A stretch of DNA of 48,240 bases from the NCBI GenBank assembly GCA_046331705.1, contig JAXLQJ010000012.1, positions 124,001-172,240 of the forward strand, read 5' to 3'. The notes beneath the pieces were generated by a model. The model made no database searches and had not been told where the DNA came from. It saw nothing but the letters and a program-made list of their open reading frames with translations. This stretch comes from a bacterium (lineage in GTDB: Bacteria; JADJOY01). Positions within the stretch are counted from its first letter, which is position 1. Each line of letters starts with the position of its first letter. Positions 28,568-39,067 of the stretch are shown piece by piece. Position numbers and translations under genes: made by a program.

Positions 28568-29641
28568 ATGATCTATCTGCTCCTCTACCCGTGGAAGGAC
28601 GAGTACTCGGTCCTCAACGTCTTCCGCTACATCACGTTCCGGACCATCTACGCCTCCATCACCGCGCTGGTCGTGTGCTTGGTGATGGGGCCGTGGCTGA
28701 TCCGGCGCCTCACGCGGAAGCGGGTCGGCGAGACGATCCGCGACGACGGTCCGGCCAGCCATCAGGCGAAGGCGGGGACGCCCACCATGGGCGGCACGCT
28801 CATCGTGTTCGCGCTGGTGGCGTCGACGCTCCTCTGGGGCGACCTGGCGAGCTCCTACGTGTGGATCGTGATCGGCGTGACGCTGGCGCTCGCCGCGGTG
28901 GGCTTCGTCGACGACTCGCGCAAGGTGCGCGGCATGAAGAAGGGGCTGGCGGGCCGCCGCAAGCTCCAGTTCCAGGCGCTCATCGCGCTGGTGGCCGTGC
29001 TGCTGCTGCTGCTCGTGAACGACCGCGACACGACGCTCGCCGTGCCCTTCCTCAAGAACGTGAAGCTCGATCTCGGCTGGTGGTACGTGCCGTTCGCGGT
29101 CTTCGTGATCGTGGCGGCGTCGAACGCGGTGAACCTGACCGACGGCCTCGACGGGCTGGCGATCGGCCCGACGATCATCGTCGGCGCGCTCTACGGCACG
29201 TTCGCGTACGTGGCCGGCAACTCGAAGTTCGCGGGCTACCTGCAGATCCCTTATCTGCCGGGCACCGGCGAACTCGCGGTCTATTGCGGCGCGCTGCTCG
29301 GCGCGGGGCTCGGATTCCTCTGGTACAACACCTATCCCGCCCAAGTTTTCATGGGAGACACGGGCTCGCTATCGCTGGGCGGCGTGCTCGGATTTCTCGC
29401 CGTTTCCACGAAGAACGAGCTCGTCTTCTTGCTCGCTGGCGGGATCTTCGTCATCGAGGCGCTGTCGGTCGTCATCCAGGTGACGAGCTTCAAGCTCACC
29501 CGCAAGCGGGTGTTCAAGATGGCGCCCATCCATCACCACTTCGAGGTCAAGGGCTGGCACGAGCAGAAGGTGGTGGTGCGGTTCTGGATCGTGTCGCTGA
29601 TCTTGGCGCTGATGGCGCTGAGCACGCTCAAGTTGCGCTGA
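28568..29641 (+). CDS. mraY: Phospho-MurNAc-pentapeptide transferase
   Basis: YITFR, GTPTMGG, GFVDD, NAVNLTDGLDGLA, FMGDTGS, MAPIHHHFE. Confidence 0.97.
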   Translation: MIYLLLYPWKDEYSVLNVFRYITFRTIYASITALVVCLVMGPWLIRRLTRKRVGETIRDDGPASHQAKAGTPTMGGTLIVFALVASTLLWGDLASSYVWIVIGVTLALAAVGFVDDSRKVRGMKKGLAGRRKLQFQALIALVAVLLLLLVNDRDTTLAVPFLKNVKLDLGWWYVPFAVFVIVAASNAVNLTDGLDGLAIGPTIIVGALYGTFAYVAGNSKFAGYLQIPYLPGTGELAVYCGALLGAGLGFLWYNTYPAQVFMGDTGSLSLGGVLGFLAVSTKNELVFLLAGGIFVIEALSVVIQVTSFKLTRKRVFKMAPIHHHFEVKGWHEQKVVVRFWIVSLILALMALSTLKLR

Positions 29642-29647
29642 GGACGC

Positions 29648-31243
29648 ATGCCGAGAACCTCTCGACCCCGAACGTGGCAGGACCGCAGCTCGCGGCCGCG
29701 CACTCCGCTCGCCCGCGGTGCCAGCGCGCAGCCGGCGGCGCGCACCGTGCTCTTCGCCGTGGCGGAGTCGAGCTCGGGCGAGCGCTCGCGCGACGGCCAC
29801 GGCGATGACGCGGGCGTCCAGACGCCCGCGCGTCCGAGCTGGGATCGCGAGCTCGCCGGCAAGCGAGTGCTGGTGGTGGGCGTGGCCCGCACCGGGCTCG
29901 CCGCGGCGCGCTTCCTCCTCGAGCGCGGGGCCCGGGTGACGATCACCGAGCGGCGTTCGCGCGCCGAGCTTCCCGCCGAGATCGACGAGCTGGAGCGCGC
30001 GGGTGCGCTCATCGAGGCCGGCGGTCATCGCGACTCGACGTTCGTCGCCCAGGACCTGATCGTGATCAGCCCGGGGGTTCCCATGAGCATCGAGCCGCTG
30101 GTTCGAGCACGCGAGCACGACGTGTGGGTGGTGAGCGAGCTCGAGCTCGCGGCCCGGTACGTCACGGCGCCGATCGTCGCGATCACGGGCACCAATGGGA
30201 AGAGCACCACCACCACGCTGATCGGACTGGTCGCGGAAGCCGCCGGTCTCGCGGCCTTCGTGGGCGGCAATCTCGGGACACCGCTCATCGCGTGCGCGCC
30301 GCTCGCCGCCCGCAAGGATCTGCTGGTGGTCGAGGTGTCGAGCTTCCAGCTCGAAGGCATCCACGAGTTCCGGCCGCGGGTGTCGGTGCTGCTCAACGTC
30401 ACCGAGGATCACCTCGATCGGTATCCGACCTTCGGCGACTACGTCCGCGCCAAGGCCCGCGTGTTCGCGAACCAGGAAGCGAGCGACACCGCCATCCTGA
30501 ATCACGACGATCCCGTGGTTCGCGCGCTCGCCGCGGAGTGCAGGGCGCGGGTGGTGTTCCTGAGCCTGCGCGGTCGGCCCCCCGGTCCCGCCGCGTGGGT
30601 GGAGGGAGACCGGTTCTTCGTCGATCTCGGTGACGGCGAATGCCTGAGCTACGACGCCAGCAACTTGCTGCTCGAGGGCGTTCACAACCGTGAGAACGCG
30701 CTCGCGGCGCTCGCCACCGCGCGCGTGCTGGGCATCGACGGCGGCGTGGCGATGCGAGCCATCGCGGCCTTCCCCGGTCTGCCGCACCGCATGGAGCGCG
30801 TCGCCGAGTCGGGCGGCGTGCGCTGGATCAACGACTCCAAGGCGACCAACGTGGCGGCGAGCGTGCGCTCTCTCGAGACCTACAGCGGCAACGTCATCCT
30901 GCTGGCGGGCGGCGTGGACAAGGGCGGCAGCTACGAGCCGCTGGTGTCGGCCTGCCGCGGACGGGTGAAGCACGCGTTCGTGTACGGACAAGGCCGCGAA
31001 CGGCTCGGCGAGGCGCTGGAGCGGGCGGTGCCCACCGCGCGGGTCGCGGATCTCGCCGCCGCCGTCGACGGCGCCGCCGCGGCGGCGCGCGACGGCGACG
31101 TGGTGCTGCTGGCGCCGGCGTGCGCGAGCTACGACCAGTTCAAGAACTTCGAGGAACGCGGCGACCTCTTCCGCCGCCTCGCGCTGGCGCGAATCCGCCG
31201 CGCTGCCCCGGTCGCGCCGAAGGGCACGGGGGAGGATCGATGA
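29648..31243 (+). CDS. murD: UDP-MurNAc-L-Ala:D-Glu ligase
   Basis: SPGVP, ITGTNGKSTT, GGNLG, EVSSFQLE, DHLDRY, NDSKATN, PACASYDQF.NFEERG. Start uncertain because of a long N-terminal extension. Confidence 0.93.
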   Translation: MPRTSRPRTWQDRSSRPRTPLARGASAQPAARTVLFAVAESSSGERSRDGHGDDAGVQTPARPSWDRELAGKRVLVVGVARTGLAAARFLLERGARVTITERRSRAELPAEIDELERAGALIEAGGHRDSTFVAQDLIVISPGVPMSIEPLVRAREHDVWVVSELELAARYVTAPIVAITGTNGKSTTTTLIGLVAEAAGLAAFVGGNLGTPLIACAPLAARKDLLVVEVSSFQLEGIHEFRPRVSVLLNVTEDHLDRYPTFGDYVRAKARVFANQEASDTAILNHDDPVVRALAAECRARVVFLSLRGRPPGPAAWVEGDRFFVDLGDGECLSYDASNLLLEGVHNRENALAALATARVLGIDGGVAMRAIAAFPGLPHRMERVAESGGVRWINDSKATNVAASVRSLETYSGNVILLAGGVDKGGSYEPLVSACRGRVKHAFVYGQGRERLGEALERAVPTARVADLAAAVDGAAAAARDGDVVLLAPACASYDQFKNFEERGDLFRRLALARIRRAAPVAPKGTGEDR

Positions 31244-32433
31244 GCGCGGTCGCCTCGATCCGCGGCGGCGCGGCGCACGCCGTGGTCCCGTCGATCGCGC
31301 TCGGCGCGCAGGCGGAGCGCAAGGCGCTCGGCGCACGGGTGTGGACGATCGAGCTCGCCTTCGCGGTGCTCACGCTCCTCGGGCTGGCGCTGGTGTGGAG
31401 CGCATCGAGCGCGATGGCGCTGGCGCGTCACGGGTCGAGCAGTCATTTCTTCGTGAAGCAGCTGGTCTGGGCGCTCCTCGCTTGCGTCGGCTTCTTCGCC
31501 GCGAGCCGCACCCCGCTGCCGTGGATCCGGCGCGGCGCCGGCCTCGCGCTGCCGCTGCTCTCGCTCGCGCTCGTGTACCTGCTCATCCCGGGTGTCGCCG
31601 GCGAGCGCGGTGGCGCGACCCGTTGGATCGTGTTCCACGGCGTGTCGCTCCAGCCCGGCGAGCCCACCAAGGTCGCGTTGGTGTTGTTCCTGGCGCGCTG
31701 GCTCGCCCGTCGCCCGGCGCCGAGCGGCAAGCAGGTGCTCGAGGCGCTCGCGATCGCCGCGGTTCCCGCCGGCCTCGTCTACCGTCAGCCGGATCTCGGG
31801 ACGGCGGTGGTGCTCACGGCGTCGGCGCTCGCGATGCTCTATCTGGCGGGGGCGCGGCCGCTGCACGTCGCCGGCGTGGTGCTCGCCGCGCTGCCGCTCT
31901 TGCCGCTCGCGCTCATCGGGCACGCCTATCGCTGGCACCGGCTGATCGCGTTCTGGAACCCCTGGGAGAACGCGCGCACGCTCGGCTACCAGATCGTGCA
32001 GTCGTTCGTGGCGTTCGGCTCGGGCGGCGTGTTCGGGCGCGGTCTCGGCGGCGGCGCGCAGAAGCTCTTCTATCTGCCGGAGAGCCACACCGACTTCGTG
32101 TTCGCCGTGCTGGGCGAGGAGATGGGCTTCCTGGGCGTGGTGTGCGTCGCCACGCTCTTCTTACTGCTGGTGGTGCAAGGCAGCCGCGTGGCGCTCGCGG
32201 CGCGCGATCGTTTCGGCTTCCTGGTGGCGGCCGGCCTCACCGCCCTGATCGGGCTCGAAGCGGCGGCCAACATGGCCGTGACGCTCGGCATCGTGCCCAC
32301 CAAGGGCCTGGCGCTGCCGTTCCTGAGCTACGGCGGATCGGCGCTGCTGTCGTCGGCGATCGCCCTCGGGTTCGTGCTGGCCATCGATCGCGACTCGGCG
32401 CTCGGTGGCGCCGGCGGCGAGGACTCGCCATGA
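31240..32433 (+). CDS. ftsW: SEDS glycosyltransferase FtsW
   Basis: GATRWI, QPGE..K, QPDLGT, GYQ..QS, KLFYLPESHTDF, PTKGL.LPFLSYGGS. Confidence 0.95.
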   Translation: MSAVASIRGGAAHAVVPSIALGAQAERKALGARVWTIELAFAVLTLLGLALVWSASSAMALARHGSSSHFFVKQLVWALLACVGFFAASRTPLPWIRRGAGLALPLLSLALVYLLIPGVAGERGGATRWIVFHGVSLQPGEPTKVALVLFLARWLARRPAPSGKQVLEALAIAAVPAGLVYRQPDLGTAVVLTASALAMLYLAGARPLHVAGVVLAALPLLPLALIGHAYRWHRLIAFWNPWENARTLGYQIVQSFVAFGSGGVFGRGLGGGAQKLFYLPESHTDFVFAVLGEEMGFLGVVCVATLFLLLVVQGSRVALAARDRFGFLVAAGLTALIGLEAAANMAVTLGIVPTKGLALPFLSYGGSALLSSAIALGFVLAIDRDSALGGAGGEDSP

Positions 32434-33554
32434 GGCTACTGGTCGCCGGCGGCGGCACCGGCGGTCACCTCTTTCCGGGGGTGGCGGTGGCCGAGCGTTG
32501 GCTCGCTGCGGGCGAGGATCGCGCGGTGGCCTTCGCGGGCACCAGCCGTGGCATCGAAGCGCGGGTCGTGCCCGAGCTCGGTCACCGATTCTTCGCGGTG
32601 CGCGCCGGAGCCGTCGCCGGCGGAGGGCTGCTGGCGAAGCTCGCCTCGCTCGGCCAGGTGCTGCTCGGCATCCGCGATGCGGGCGCGGTGCTGCGCGAGT
32701 TCGATCCGCACGTGGTCCTCGGCGTGGGGGGCTACGCCTCGGTGCCCGTGATGATCCGCTCGGCGCTCGCGCGCCGGCCCACGGCGATCCAGGAGCAAAA
32801 CGCCGCTCCCGGCTTGGCGAATCGATTGCTCGGTCGGCTGGTGCGTCGCGTGTTCGTCTCGTTCGAGTCGAGCCTGGGGCATTTCCCCGCGGGGCGGGCG
32901 GTGCTCACCGGCAACCCGATCCGCGCGTCGGTGCTGTCGCGGCTCGACGAGACGCGTCGCGTGCGCGCCGCGCGTGGGCGTGGCGCGAGCCCGAGCGTGC
33001 TGGTCGTGGGTGGCAGCCAGGGCTCGCGGTTCTTGAACGAGCACGTGCCCGCCGCGGTCGCCGAGTGGCTCGCGAAGCGCACGTCGGCCTCGGAGTGCCG
33101 GCAGGCGCCCGAGATCGTCCACCAGACGGGCGCCGCCGACGAGGCCGCGACTCGCGCGCGTTACCAGGAGCTTGGCCTGGTGGCACAGGTGATGCCCTTC
33201 ATCCAGGACATGGGCGCCGCGTACGGCGCGGCCGATCTGGTGGTGGCGCGGGCCGGCGCCGGCACGCTCTCCGAGCTGGCCGCGGTGGGCGCGCCCGCGG
33301 TGCTGGTGCCGTATCCCCACGCGGGCGCCCACCAGGAGGCGAACGCGCGTGCCTACGAGTCGCTGGGAGCGGCGGTTTGCGTGACCCAGGCCGAGGCGAC
33401 GACCGCGCGGCTCGCCGACGAGATCGGCCGATTGCTCGACGACACCGAGCGCCGGCGGCGCATGGCGGCGGCGGCGCTGGCGGCCGCGCGGCCGCGCGCC
33501 GCGGAGCAGATCGCTCGAGCGTGCGCGGATCTCGCCCTCGGCGGGACGAGGTGA
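32430..33554 (+). CDS. murG: Lipid II GlcNAc transferase MurG
   Basis: GGGTGGHLFP, GGYAS, EQN, GNP.R, GGSQGS, FI.DM, RAGA.T..E, HQ..NA. Confidence 0.96.
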   Translation: MRLLVAGGGTGGHLFPGVAVAERWLAAGEDRAVAFAGTSRGIEARVVPELGHRFFAVRAGAVAGGGLLAKLASLGQVLLGIRDAGAVLREFDPHVVLGVGGYASVPVMIRSALARRPTAIQEQNAAPGLANRLLGRLVRRVFVSFESSLGHFPAGRAVLTGNPIRASVLSRLDETRRVRAARGRGASPSVLVVGGSQGSRFLNEHVPAAVAEWLAKRTSASECRQAPEIVHQTGAADEAATRARYQELGLVAQVMPFIQDMGAAYGAADLVVARAGAGTLSELAAVGAPAVLVPYPHAGAHQEANARAYESLGAAVCVTQAEATTARLADEIGRLLDDTERRRRMAAAALAAARPRAAEQIARACADLALGGTR

Positions 33555-33557
33555 GCG

Positions 33558-34943
33558 ATGTATCGCAAGGAACATCGCATCCATTTCGTTGGCGTCGGCG
33601 GCAGCGGCATGAGCGGCATCGCCGAGGTGCTCGTGAACCTGGGCTATCGCGTGAGCGGCTCGGATCTCGCCGACAACGCGGTGACGCGGCGGCTCGCGAG
33701 CCTCGGCATCGCGATCCATCAGGGTCACGACGCCAAGAACGTGATCGCCGCCAACGCCCAGGTGGTGGTCGTGTCGACGGCGGTGAAGCGCGACAACCCC
33801 GAGGTCGTGGAGGCGCGCCGCCGCGGCATCCCGGTGATCCCGCGCGCCGAGATGCTCGCCGAGCTGATGCGCATGAAGTACGGCGTGGCCATCGCCGGCT
33901 CGCACGGCAAGACCACCACCACCTCGCTCACGGCCGCCGTGCTCCAGGCGGGCGGCCTCGATCCCACCGTGGTGATCGGCGGGCGCCTCATGGGCCAGGG
34001 CACGGGTGCGCGGCTCGGCAAGGGCGAGTTCCTGGTCGCCGAGGCGGACGAGTCCGACGGCAGCTTCCTCCATCTGGCGCCGACCATCGCCGTGGTCACG
34101 AACATCGACCGCGAGCACATGGACCACCACCACACGATGGAGGCGCTGCGCGCCGCGTTCGTGACGTTCCTGAACAAGGTGCCGTTCTACGGGCTCACGA
34201 TCCTCAACCTCGATCATCCGGCGGTGCAGGGGATCCTGCCCGAGATCGAGAAGCGCTGGGTCACCTACGGGTTCTCGGCGCAGGCCGATTACACCGCGAG
34301 CGACATCGAGCTCGCCGCGCGCCGCTCGAGCTTCGTGGTGCGCCGCCGCGGCGAGGACCTGGGTGCCGTGACCCTGGGGCTCGCCGGCCTCCACAACGTG
34401 CAGAACTCGCTGGCGGTGGTGGCGATCGCCGACGAGCTGGGCATCCCGTTCAGCGCCGTGCGCGACGCCCTCTCCTCGTTCCAGGGGATCGAGCGGCGCT
34501 TCCAGGTGCTCGGCGAGGAGCGCGGCGTGCTGGTGGTGGACGACTACGGCCATCACCCCGCCGAGATTCGCGCCACGCTGGAAGCGGCGCGCGCCGGCTG
34601 GGACCGGCGCATCGTGGTGGCGTTCCAGCCGCACCGCTACACGCGCACTCGCGACCTCGCCGAGGAGTTCCACGGCGCGTTCCACCAATCGGACGTGCTC
34701 GTCGTCACCTCGATCTACGCGGCCAGCGAAGAGCCGCTTCCGGGCGTGAGCGGCGAGACCCTCGCGGAAGGGGTTCGCATCCACGGACACCGCGACGTGC
34801 GCTACGCGGCGAGCCTCGACGACGTCCTCGACGTGCTCGCGGAGACCGTGCGCGACGGCGACATGGTGCTGACGCTCGGCGCGGGATCGATCGGCGGCGT
34901 CGGGCCGAAGCTCCTCGAACGCCTGCGCGGAGAGGGATCGTGA
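33558..34943 (+). CDS. murC: UDP-MurNAc:L-Ala ligase
   Basis: [49 protein letters not shown]. Confidence 0.97.
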   Translation: MYRKEHRIHFVGVGGSGMSGIAEVLVNLGYRVSGSDLADNAVTRRLASLGIAIHQGHDAKNVIAANAQVVVVSTAVKRDNPEVVEARRRGIPVIPRAEMLAELMRMKYGVAIAGSHGKTTTTSLTAAVLQAGGLDPTVVIGGRLMGQGTGARLGKGEFLVAEADESDGSFLHLAPTIAVVTNIDREHMDHHHTMEALRAAFVTFLNKVPFYGLTILNLDHPAVQGILPEIEKRWVTYGFSAQADYTASDIELAARRSSFVVRRRGEDLGAVTLGLAGLHNVQNSLAVVAIADELGIPFSAVRDALSSFQGIERRFQVLGEERGVLVVDDYGHHPAEIRATLEAARAGWDRRIVVAFQPHRYTRTRDLAEEFHGAFHQSDVLVVTSIYAASEEPLPGVSGETLAEGVRIHGHRDVRYAASLDDVLDVLAETVRDGDMVLTLGAGSIGGVGPKLLERLRGEGS

Positions 34944-34995
34944 GCGATGCGCGCACGGGGGACCGTCGAGCCCCGCGCGTGGCCGCGGAGGGCGC

Positions 34996-35985
34996 ATGGC
35001 CGCGCCTGACGTCGTTGCCGCTTCGGCGGAGCGTCTCGGCGCTGCGCGCCGCGCGGCGCTGGCGCGCGCGCTTCCCCCTCGTCTGCGGGCGCGGCTGCGC
35101 TTCGACGAGCCGCTGGCCCCTCACACCACGTGGAGGATCGGCGGTCCCGCCGACGTGTGGGTCGAGGTGCACGCGATCCGCGAGCTGGCCGCGTTGCTGC
35201 GCGCCGCGCGCACGCAGCACGTTCCGGTCCGCATCCTGGGCGCCGGCTCGAACGTGCTCGTGGCGGACGAGGGCGCGGCGGGCGCGATCCTCGCGCTCGG
35301 CGGTGACTTCGAGCGCGTGGTCCTGGAGCGCGCCGGCGCCCGCGTGCTGCGGCTCGCCGTCGGTGCCGGCGTCAAGCTCACCGCGTTCGCGCGCCGCATC
35401 TCGAACGAAGGCTGGGCTGGCCTCGAGTTCGCGGTGGGAATTCCCAGCACCGTGGGAGGCGCCCTGGTCATGAACGCGGGTGCCCACGGCAGCGAGATGC
35501 GGGGCGTCGTGCGCTGGGCGGAGCTCGTCGCCGCGAGCGGCGAGCGCTCGCGCGTGGACGCCGCCGATCTCGAGTTCGGCTATCGCCGCACCCGTCTCCC
35601 GTGCGGCGCCGTGGTCACGCGCGTGGGGATCGCGTTGCATCGCGACGATCCGAGCGCGATTCGCGGCCGGGTGCGAGCGCACCTCGATTACCGGAGGACC
35701 ACCCAGCCGCTCACCGAGCCGAGCTGCGGCTCGGTGTTCGTGAACCCGGCGGGAGGCTCGGCCGGTCGCCTCGTCGAGGAGGCCGGGCTCAAGGGGCGGC
35801 GCGTCGGCGGTGCGTCGATCTCGACCAAGCACGCGAATTTCATCGTCAACGAAGGCAACGCCACCGCCGCGGACGTGGTGGCGCTGATCCGCGAGGCGCG
35901 CAACCAGGTGCGTGCGCGCACGGGCATCGATCTCGTTCCCGAGGTGAAGCCGTTCGGCGATTTCGCCGGCGGCGCGCCGTGGTGA
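34996..35985 (+). CDS. murB: UDP-N-acetylenolpyruvoylglucosamine reductase
   Basis: HTTWRIGGPAD, GAGSN, GIPSTVGGA..MNAGA, F.YR, QP....SCGSVF.NP, KHANFIVN. Confidence 0.95.
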   Translation: MAAPDVVAASAERLGAARRAALARALPPRLRARLRFDEPLAPHTTWRIGGPADVWVEVHAIRELAALLRAARTQHVPVRILGAGSNVLVADEGAAGAILALGGDFERVVLERAGARVLRLAVGAGVKLTAFARRISNEGWAGLEFAVGIPSTVGGALVMNAGAHGSEMRGVVRWAELVAASGERSRVDAADLEFGYRRTRLPCGAVVTRVGIALHRDDPSAIRGRVRAHLDYRRTTQPLTEPSCGSVFVNPAGGSAGRLVEEAGLKGRRVGGASISTKHANFIVNEGNATAADVVALIREARNQVRARTGIDLVPEVKPFGDFAGGAPW

Positions 35986-36013
35986 GCGAAAGACCGGGCG
36001 AGGAAGCGACGGA

Positions 36014-36937
36014 ATGGCACGGGTGGCGGTGTTGTTGGGCGGCATGAGCGCCGAGCGCGAGGTGAGCCTGGTGACGGGCGAGGCCTTCACGGCGGCGGTC
36101 GCGCGCCTCGGTCACGAGGCGATCCGCGTCGACGTGGGCGCCGACCTCGCGCAGCGGCTGACCGACGCGAAGCCCGACGTCGCGCTCATCGGCCTGCACG
36201 GCAAGTTCGGCGAGGACGGCGCGGTGCAGGGGCTGCTCGAGGTGATGGGCGTCCCGTACACCGGCTCGGGCGTGCTCGCGAGCGCGGTCGCCATGGACAA
36301 GGTGACCAGCAAGCGGCTCTTCGAGAACGCCGGGATCCCCACGGCGCCGTTCGTGATCCATCGCGCCGGCGAGCCGCTTCCCGCTCCGCCGGGTGGGTTC
36401 CCGTGCATCGTGAAGCCGGCGAGCGAGGGGTCGAGCGTCGGCGTGAGCCTGGTCCACGATGCGAGCGAGCTGCTGCCCTCGCTCTCCGTCGCCCATCGCT
36501 ACGATCCCGTCGCGCTGGTCGAGCGCTACGTGAAGGGTCGCGAGATCCAGGTGGCGATCCTCGACGGCCGCGTGCTCGGCACCCTCGAGATCGTGCCCGA
36601 GGGCCACGAGCTCTACGACTACGAGACCAAGTACACCGCGGGCCTCGCCAAGCATCTCTGCCCGGCGCCGCTCGCGGCCGGGGTCCGCGCGCGGATCGAG
36701 GCGCTGGCGCAGCAGGCGAACGATCTCCTGGGCTGCGAGGGCGCCACGCGCGTCGAGTTCCTCCTCGAGCACGACCGCGATCCGTGGATCCTCGAGATCA
36801 ACACCTTGCCGGGCATGACCCCCACGAGCTTGGTGCCCGAGATCGCCGGCCACGCCGGGATCTCGTTCGACGAGCTGGTGGCGCGCTTGATCGCGAGCGC
36901 GCGCCTCAAGATCCCGCGCGTCGGGAGCGGCTCGTGA
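36014..36937 (+). CDS. ddl: D-Ala-D-Ala ligase
   Basis: GG.SAEREVSL, LHG..GEDG, MDK, KP..EGSS.G, YDYETKY, LEINTLPGMT..SL.P. Confidence 0.96.
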   Translation: MARVAVLLGGMSAEREVSLVTGEAFTAAVARLGHEAIRVDVGADLAQRLTDAKPDVALIGLHGKFGEDGAVQGLLEVMGVPYTGSGVLASAVAMDKVTSKRLFENAGIPTAPFVIHRAGEPLPAPPGGFPCIVKPASEGSSVGVSLVHDASELLPSLSVAHRYDPVALVERYVKGREIQVAILDGRVLGTLEIVPEGHELYDYETKYTAGLAKHLCPAPLAAGVRARIEALAQQANDLLGCEGATRVEFLLEHDRDPWILEINTLPGMTPTSLVPEIAGHAGISFDELVARLIASARLKIPRVGSGS

Positions 36938-37731
36938 GCACGACCGCGACGCAGGTGCGGCGGCGCTCGCCGGCGTGGTTGGCGGCGGTGGCGGTGCCGC
37001 TCGCGCTGACGTCGGCGGCGGCGGGCTTCGGCTGGGCGCGGCTCGTCGACTCCGATCGGATGGCGCTCGGCGCGCCGCGCATCCGCGGCAATCACCGCCT
37101 CGGCGACGACGAGATCGCGAGCTACGCGGGCCTCGTGGATCGCGAGAGCTGGCTTCGGGTATCGCCGAAGCGGATCGAGGAGCGGCTCGAGTCGCACCCG
37201 TGGATCAAGCACGCGGAGGTCCGGCGCGCGTGGCCGCCTGCGCTGGTGATCGACGTCGTGGAGCGGCGGCCGGTGGCCTGGGTGCTCGACGAGCAACCGT
37301 GGGCGGTGGACGCCGACGCGCAGCCGCTCGCGGCTTGGAACGTGGACGACGATTTCGATCTGCCGGTGATCACCGGCATCGACTCGGGCACCGGTCAGCC
37401 GGGCGACGCGGAGTGGACGCGTCATCAGCTCGAGGAGGCGGTCGCGATGCTCGACCAGATCGCGAGCCTGGAAGACCCGCCGGCGATCGACGAGCTGCAC
37501 CTCGGCCCGGAAGCGCGCTGGTCGATCCTCACGGCGAGCGGGCGAGAGATCGTGCTGGGTCGGCGCGACCAGGCGACGGCCGCCTGGCAGCGCTATCGGC
37601 GACTCATGCCGCAGATCGGTCGCGAATCCGAGCGCGACGTGCTCCGAGTGGACGTGTCCGACGCCGCGGACGCGTACGTGATGGTGGGCGCGCCGGCGAC
37701 GCGCGCGACTGCGCGCTGGCAGCGCGGCTGA
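36934..37731 (+). CDS. ftsQ: Cell division protein FtsQ/DivIB
   Basis: TM, POTRA-like I.GN..L, L...PWI..A.V.R.WP..L.I.V.ER.P.A, LPVITG; lies between ddl and ftsA. Confidence 0.88.
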   Translation: MSTTATQVRRRSPAWLAAVAVPLALTSAAAGFGWARLVDSDRMALGAPRIRGNHRLGDDEIASYAGLVDRESWLRVSPKRIEERLESHPWIKHAEVRRAWPPALVIDVVERRPVAWVLDEQPWAVDADAQPLAAWNVDDDFDLPVITGIDSGTGQPGDAEWTRHQLEEAVAMLDQIASLEDPPAIDELHLGPEARWSILTASGREIVLGRRDQATAAWQRYRRLMPQIGRESERDVLRVDVSDAADAYVMVGAPATRATARWQRG

Positions 37732-37754
37732 CTGGCCGAGACGGAGGAGAGCGC

Positions 37755-38984
37755 ATGTCGAGACGGGACAATCAGATCGTGGGCCTGGACATCGGCACCA
37801 CCAAGATCTGCGCGATCGTCGCCGAGCGGCGCGGGGACGCGGTCGAGGTGATCGGTGTCGGAGTCGCGCCGTGCGAGGGGCTGCGCAAGGGCGTGGTGGT
37901 GAACATCGAGGCCACCGTCGGCTCCATCCGCAAGGCGGTCGAGGAAGCGGAGAGTGTCGCGGCATGCGAGATCGATGGTGCCTACATCGGCATCGCCGGC
38001 GGACACATCAAGGCGATCAACTGCCACGGCGCGATCCCGCTCAAGAGCGGCGAGGTGCGGCCGCTCGACGTGCAGCGGGTGATCGAGGCGGCGACCACCG
38101 TCGCGATCCCGATCGATCGCGAGGTGATCCACACCATCCCGCAGGAGTTCGTCATCGACGGCGAGGAAGGCATCCGCGATCCGGTGGGCATGAATGGCGG
38201 CGTGCTGGAAGCGTGGGTGCACATCGTCACCGGTGCGGTTTCGGCGGCACAGAACCTGGTCAAGTGTGCGAACAAGGCCGGGCTCACGGTCCACGACATC
38301 GTGCTGCAGCCGCTCGCCAGCGCCGAGGCGGTGCTCACCAAGGACGAGAAGGAGCTCGGCGTCGCGCTCATCGACATCGGCGGCGGCACGTCCGACCTGG
38401 CGATCTTCGCCGACGGCGCCATCAAGCACAGCTCGGTGCTGCAGCTCGCGGGCAGCCAGATCACCGGCGACGTGGCGCTCGGGCTGCGCACCCCGGTGAG
38501 CGAGGCCGAGCGGCTCAAGCTCAACTACGGCTGCGCGCTCGCGTCGATGGTGGACGACGACGAGGTGATCGAGGTGCCGAGCCTGGGTGGGCGGCGGCCG
38601 CGGGTGATCTCGCGTCACGCGCTCGCCGAGATCATCGAGATGCGCGTCGACGAGACGCTCCAGCTCGTCGAGAAGGAGATCCGCAAGGCCGGGCTCGCGG
38701 ACGCGATCGCGTCCGGCATCGTGCTCACCGGCGGCAGCGCGAATCTGGTGGGGCTGCCGGAGCTGGCCGAGCGGATCTTCGATCTGCCGGTGCGGCGTGG
38801 CGCGCCGCGCGAGATCGGCGGGCTCGGCGAGGTGGTGTCGAGCCCGAAGTACGCGACCGGCGTCGGCCTGGTGCTGACCGGCGCGCGCAACGGTCGTGAG
38901 AGCAAGTTCCGCATCCGCGACGAGAACATCTTCTCGCGCGTCACGATGCGGATGAAGGAATGGTTCCAGGAGGCGTTGGTGTGA
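37755..38984 (+). CDS. ftsA: Cell division protein FtsA
   Basis: GLDIGTTKI, GLRKGVVVNI, DIGGGT.D, AERLK..YG, VLTGG, P.YATGVGL, amphipathic tail RMKEWF. GGAGGAG RBS. Confidence 0.97.
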   Translation: MSRRDNQIVGLDIGTTKICAIVAERRGDAVEVIGVGVAPCEGLRKGVVVNIEATVGSIRKAVEEAESVAACEIDGAYIGIAGGHIKAINCHGAIPLKSGEVRPLDVQRVIEAATTVAIPIDREVIHTIPQEFVIDGEEGIRDPVGMNGGVLEAWVHIVTGAVSAAQNLVKCANKAGLTVHDIVLQPLASAEAVLTKDEKELGVALIDIGGGTSDLAIFADGAIKHSSVLQLAGSQITGDVALGLRTPVSEAERLKLNYGCALASMVDDDEVIEVPSLGGRRPRVISRHALAEIIEMRVDETLQLVEKEIRKAGLADAIASGIVLTGGSANLVGLPELAERIFDLPVRRGAPREIGGLGEVVSSPKYATGVGLVLTGARNGRESKFRIRDENIFSRVTMRMKEWFQEALV

Positions 38985-39067
38985 GGGGTGAGGACGGAGG
39001 GGACGGACACATGAAGGCGTCCGGTGGCAGAGCAACACGAATCGATCGGAAAACCAGGGGAGGACAG

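Noticed and set aside
36014..36937. Van-type D-Ala-D-Lac ligase
   Set aside because: The omega loop YDYETKY and dcw location indicate an ordinary D-Ala-D-Ala ligase.
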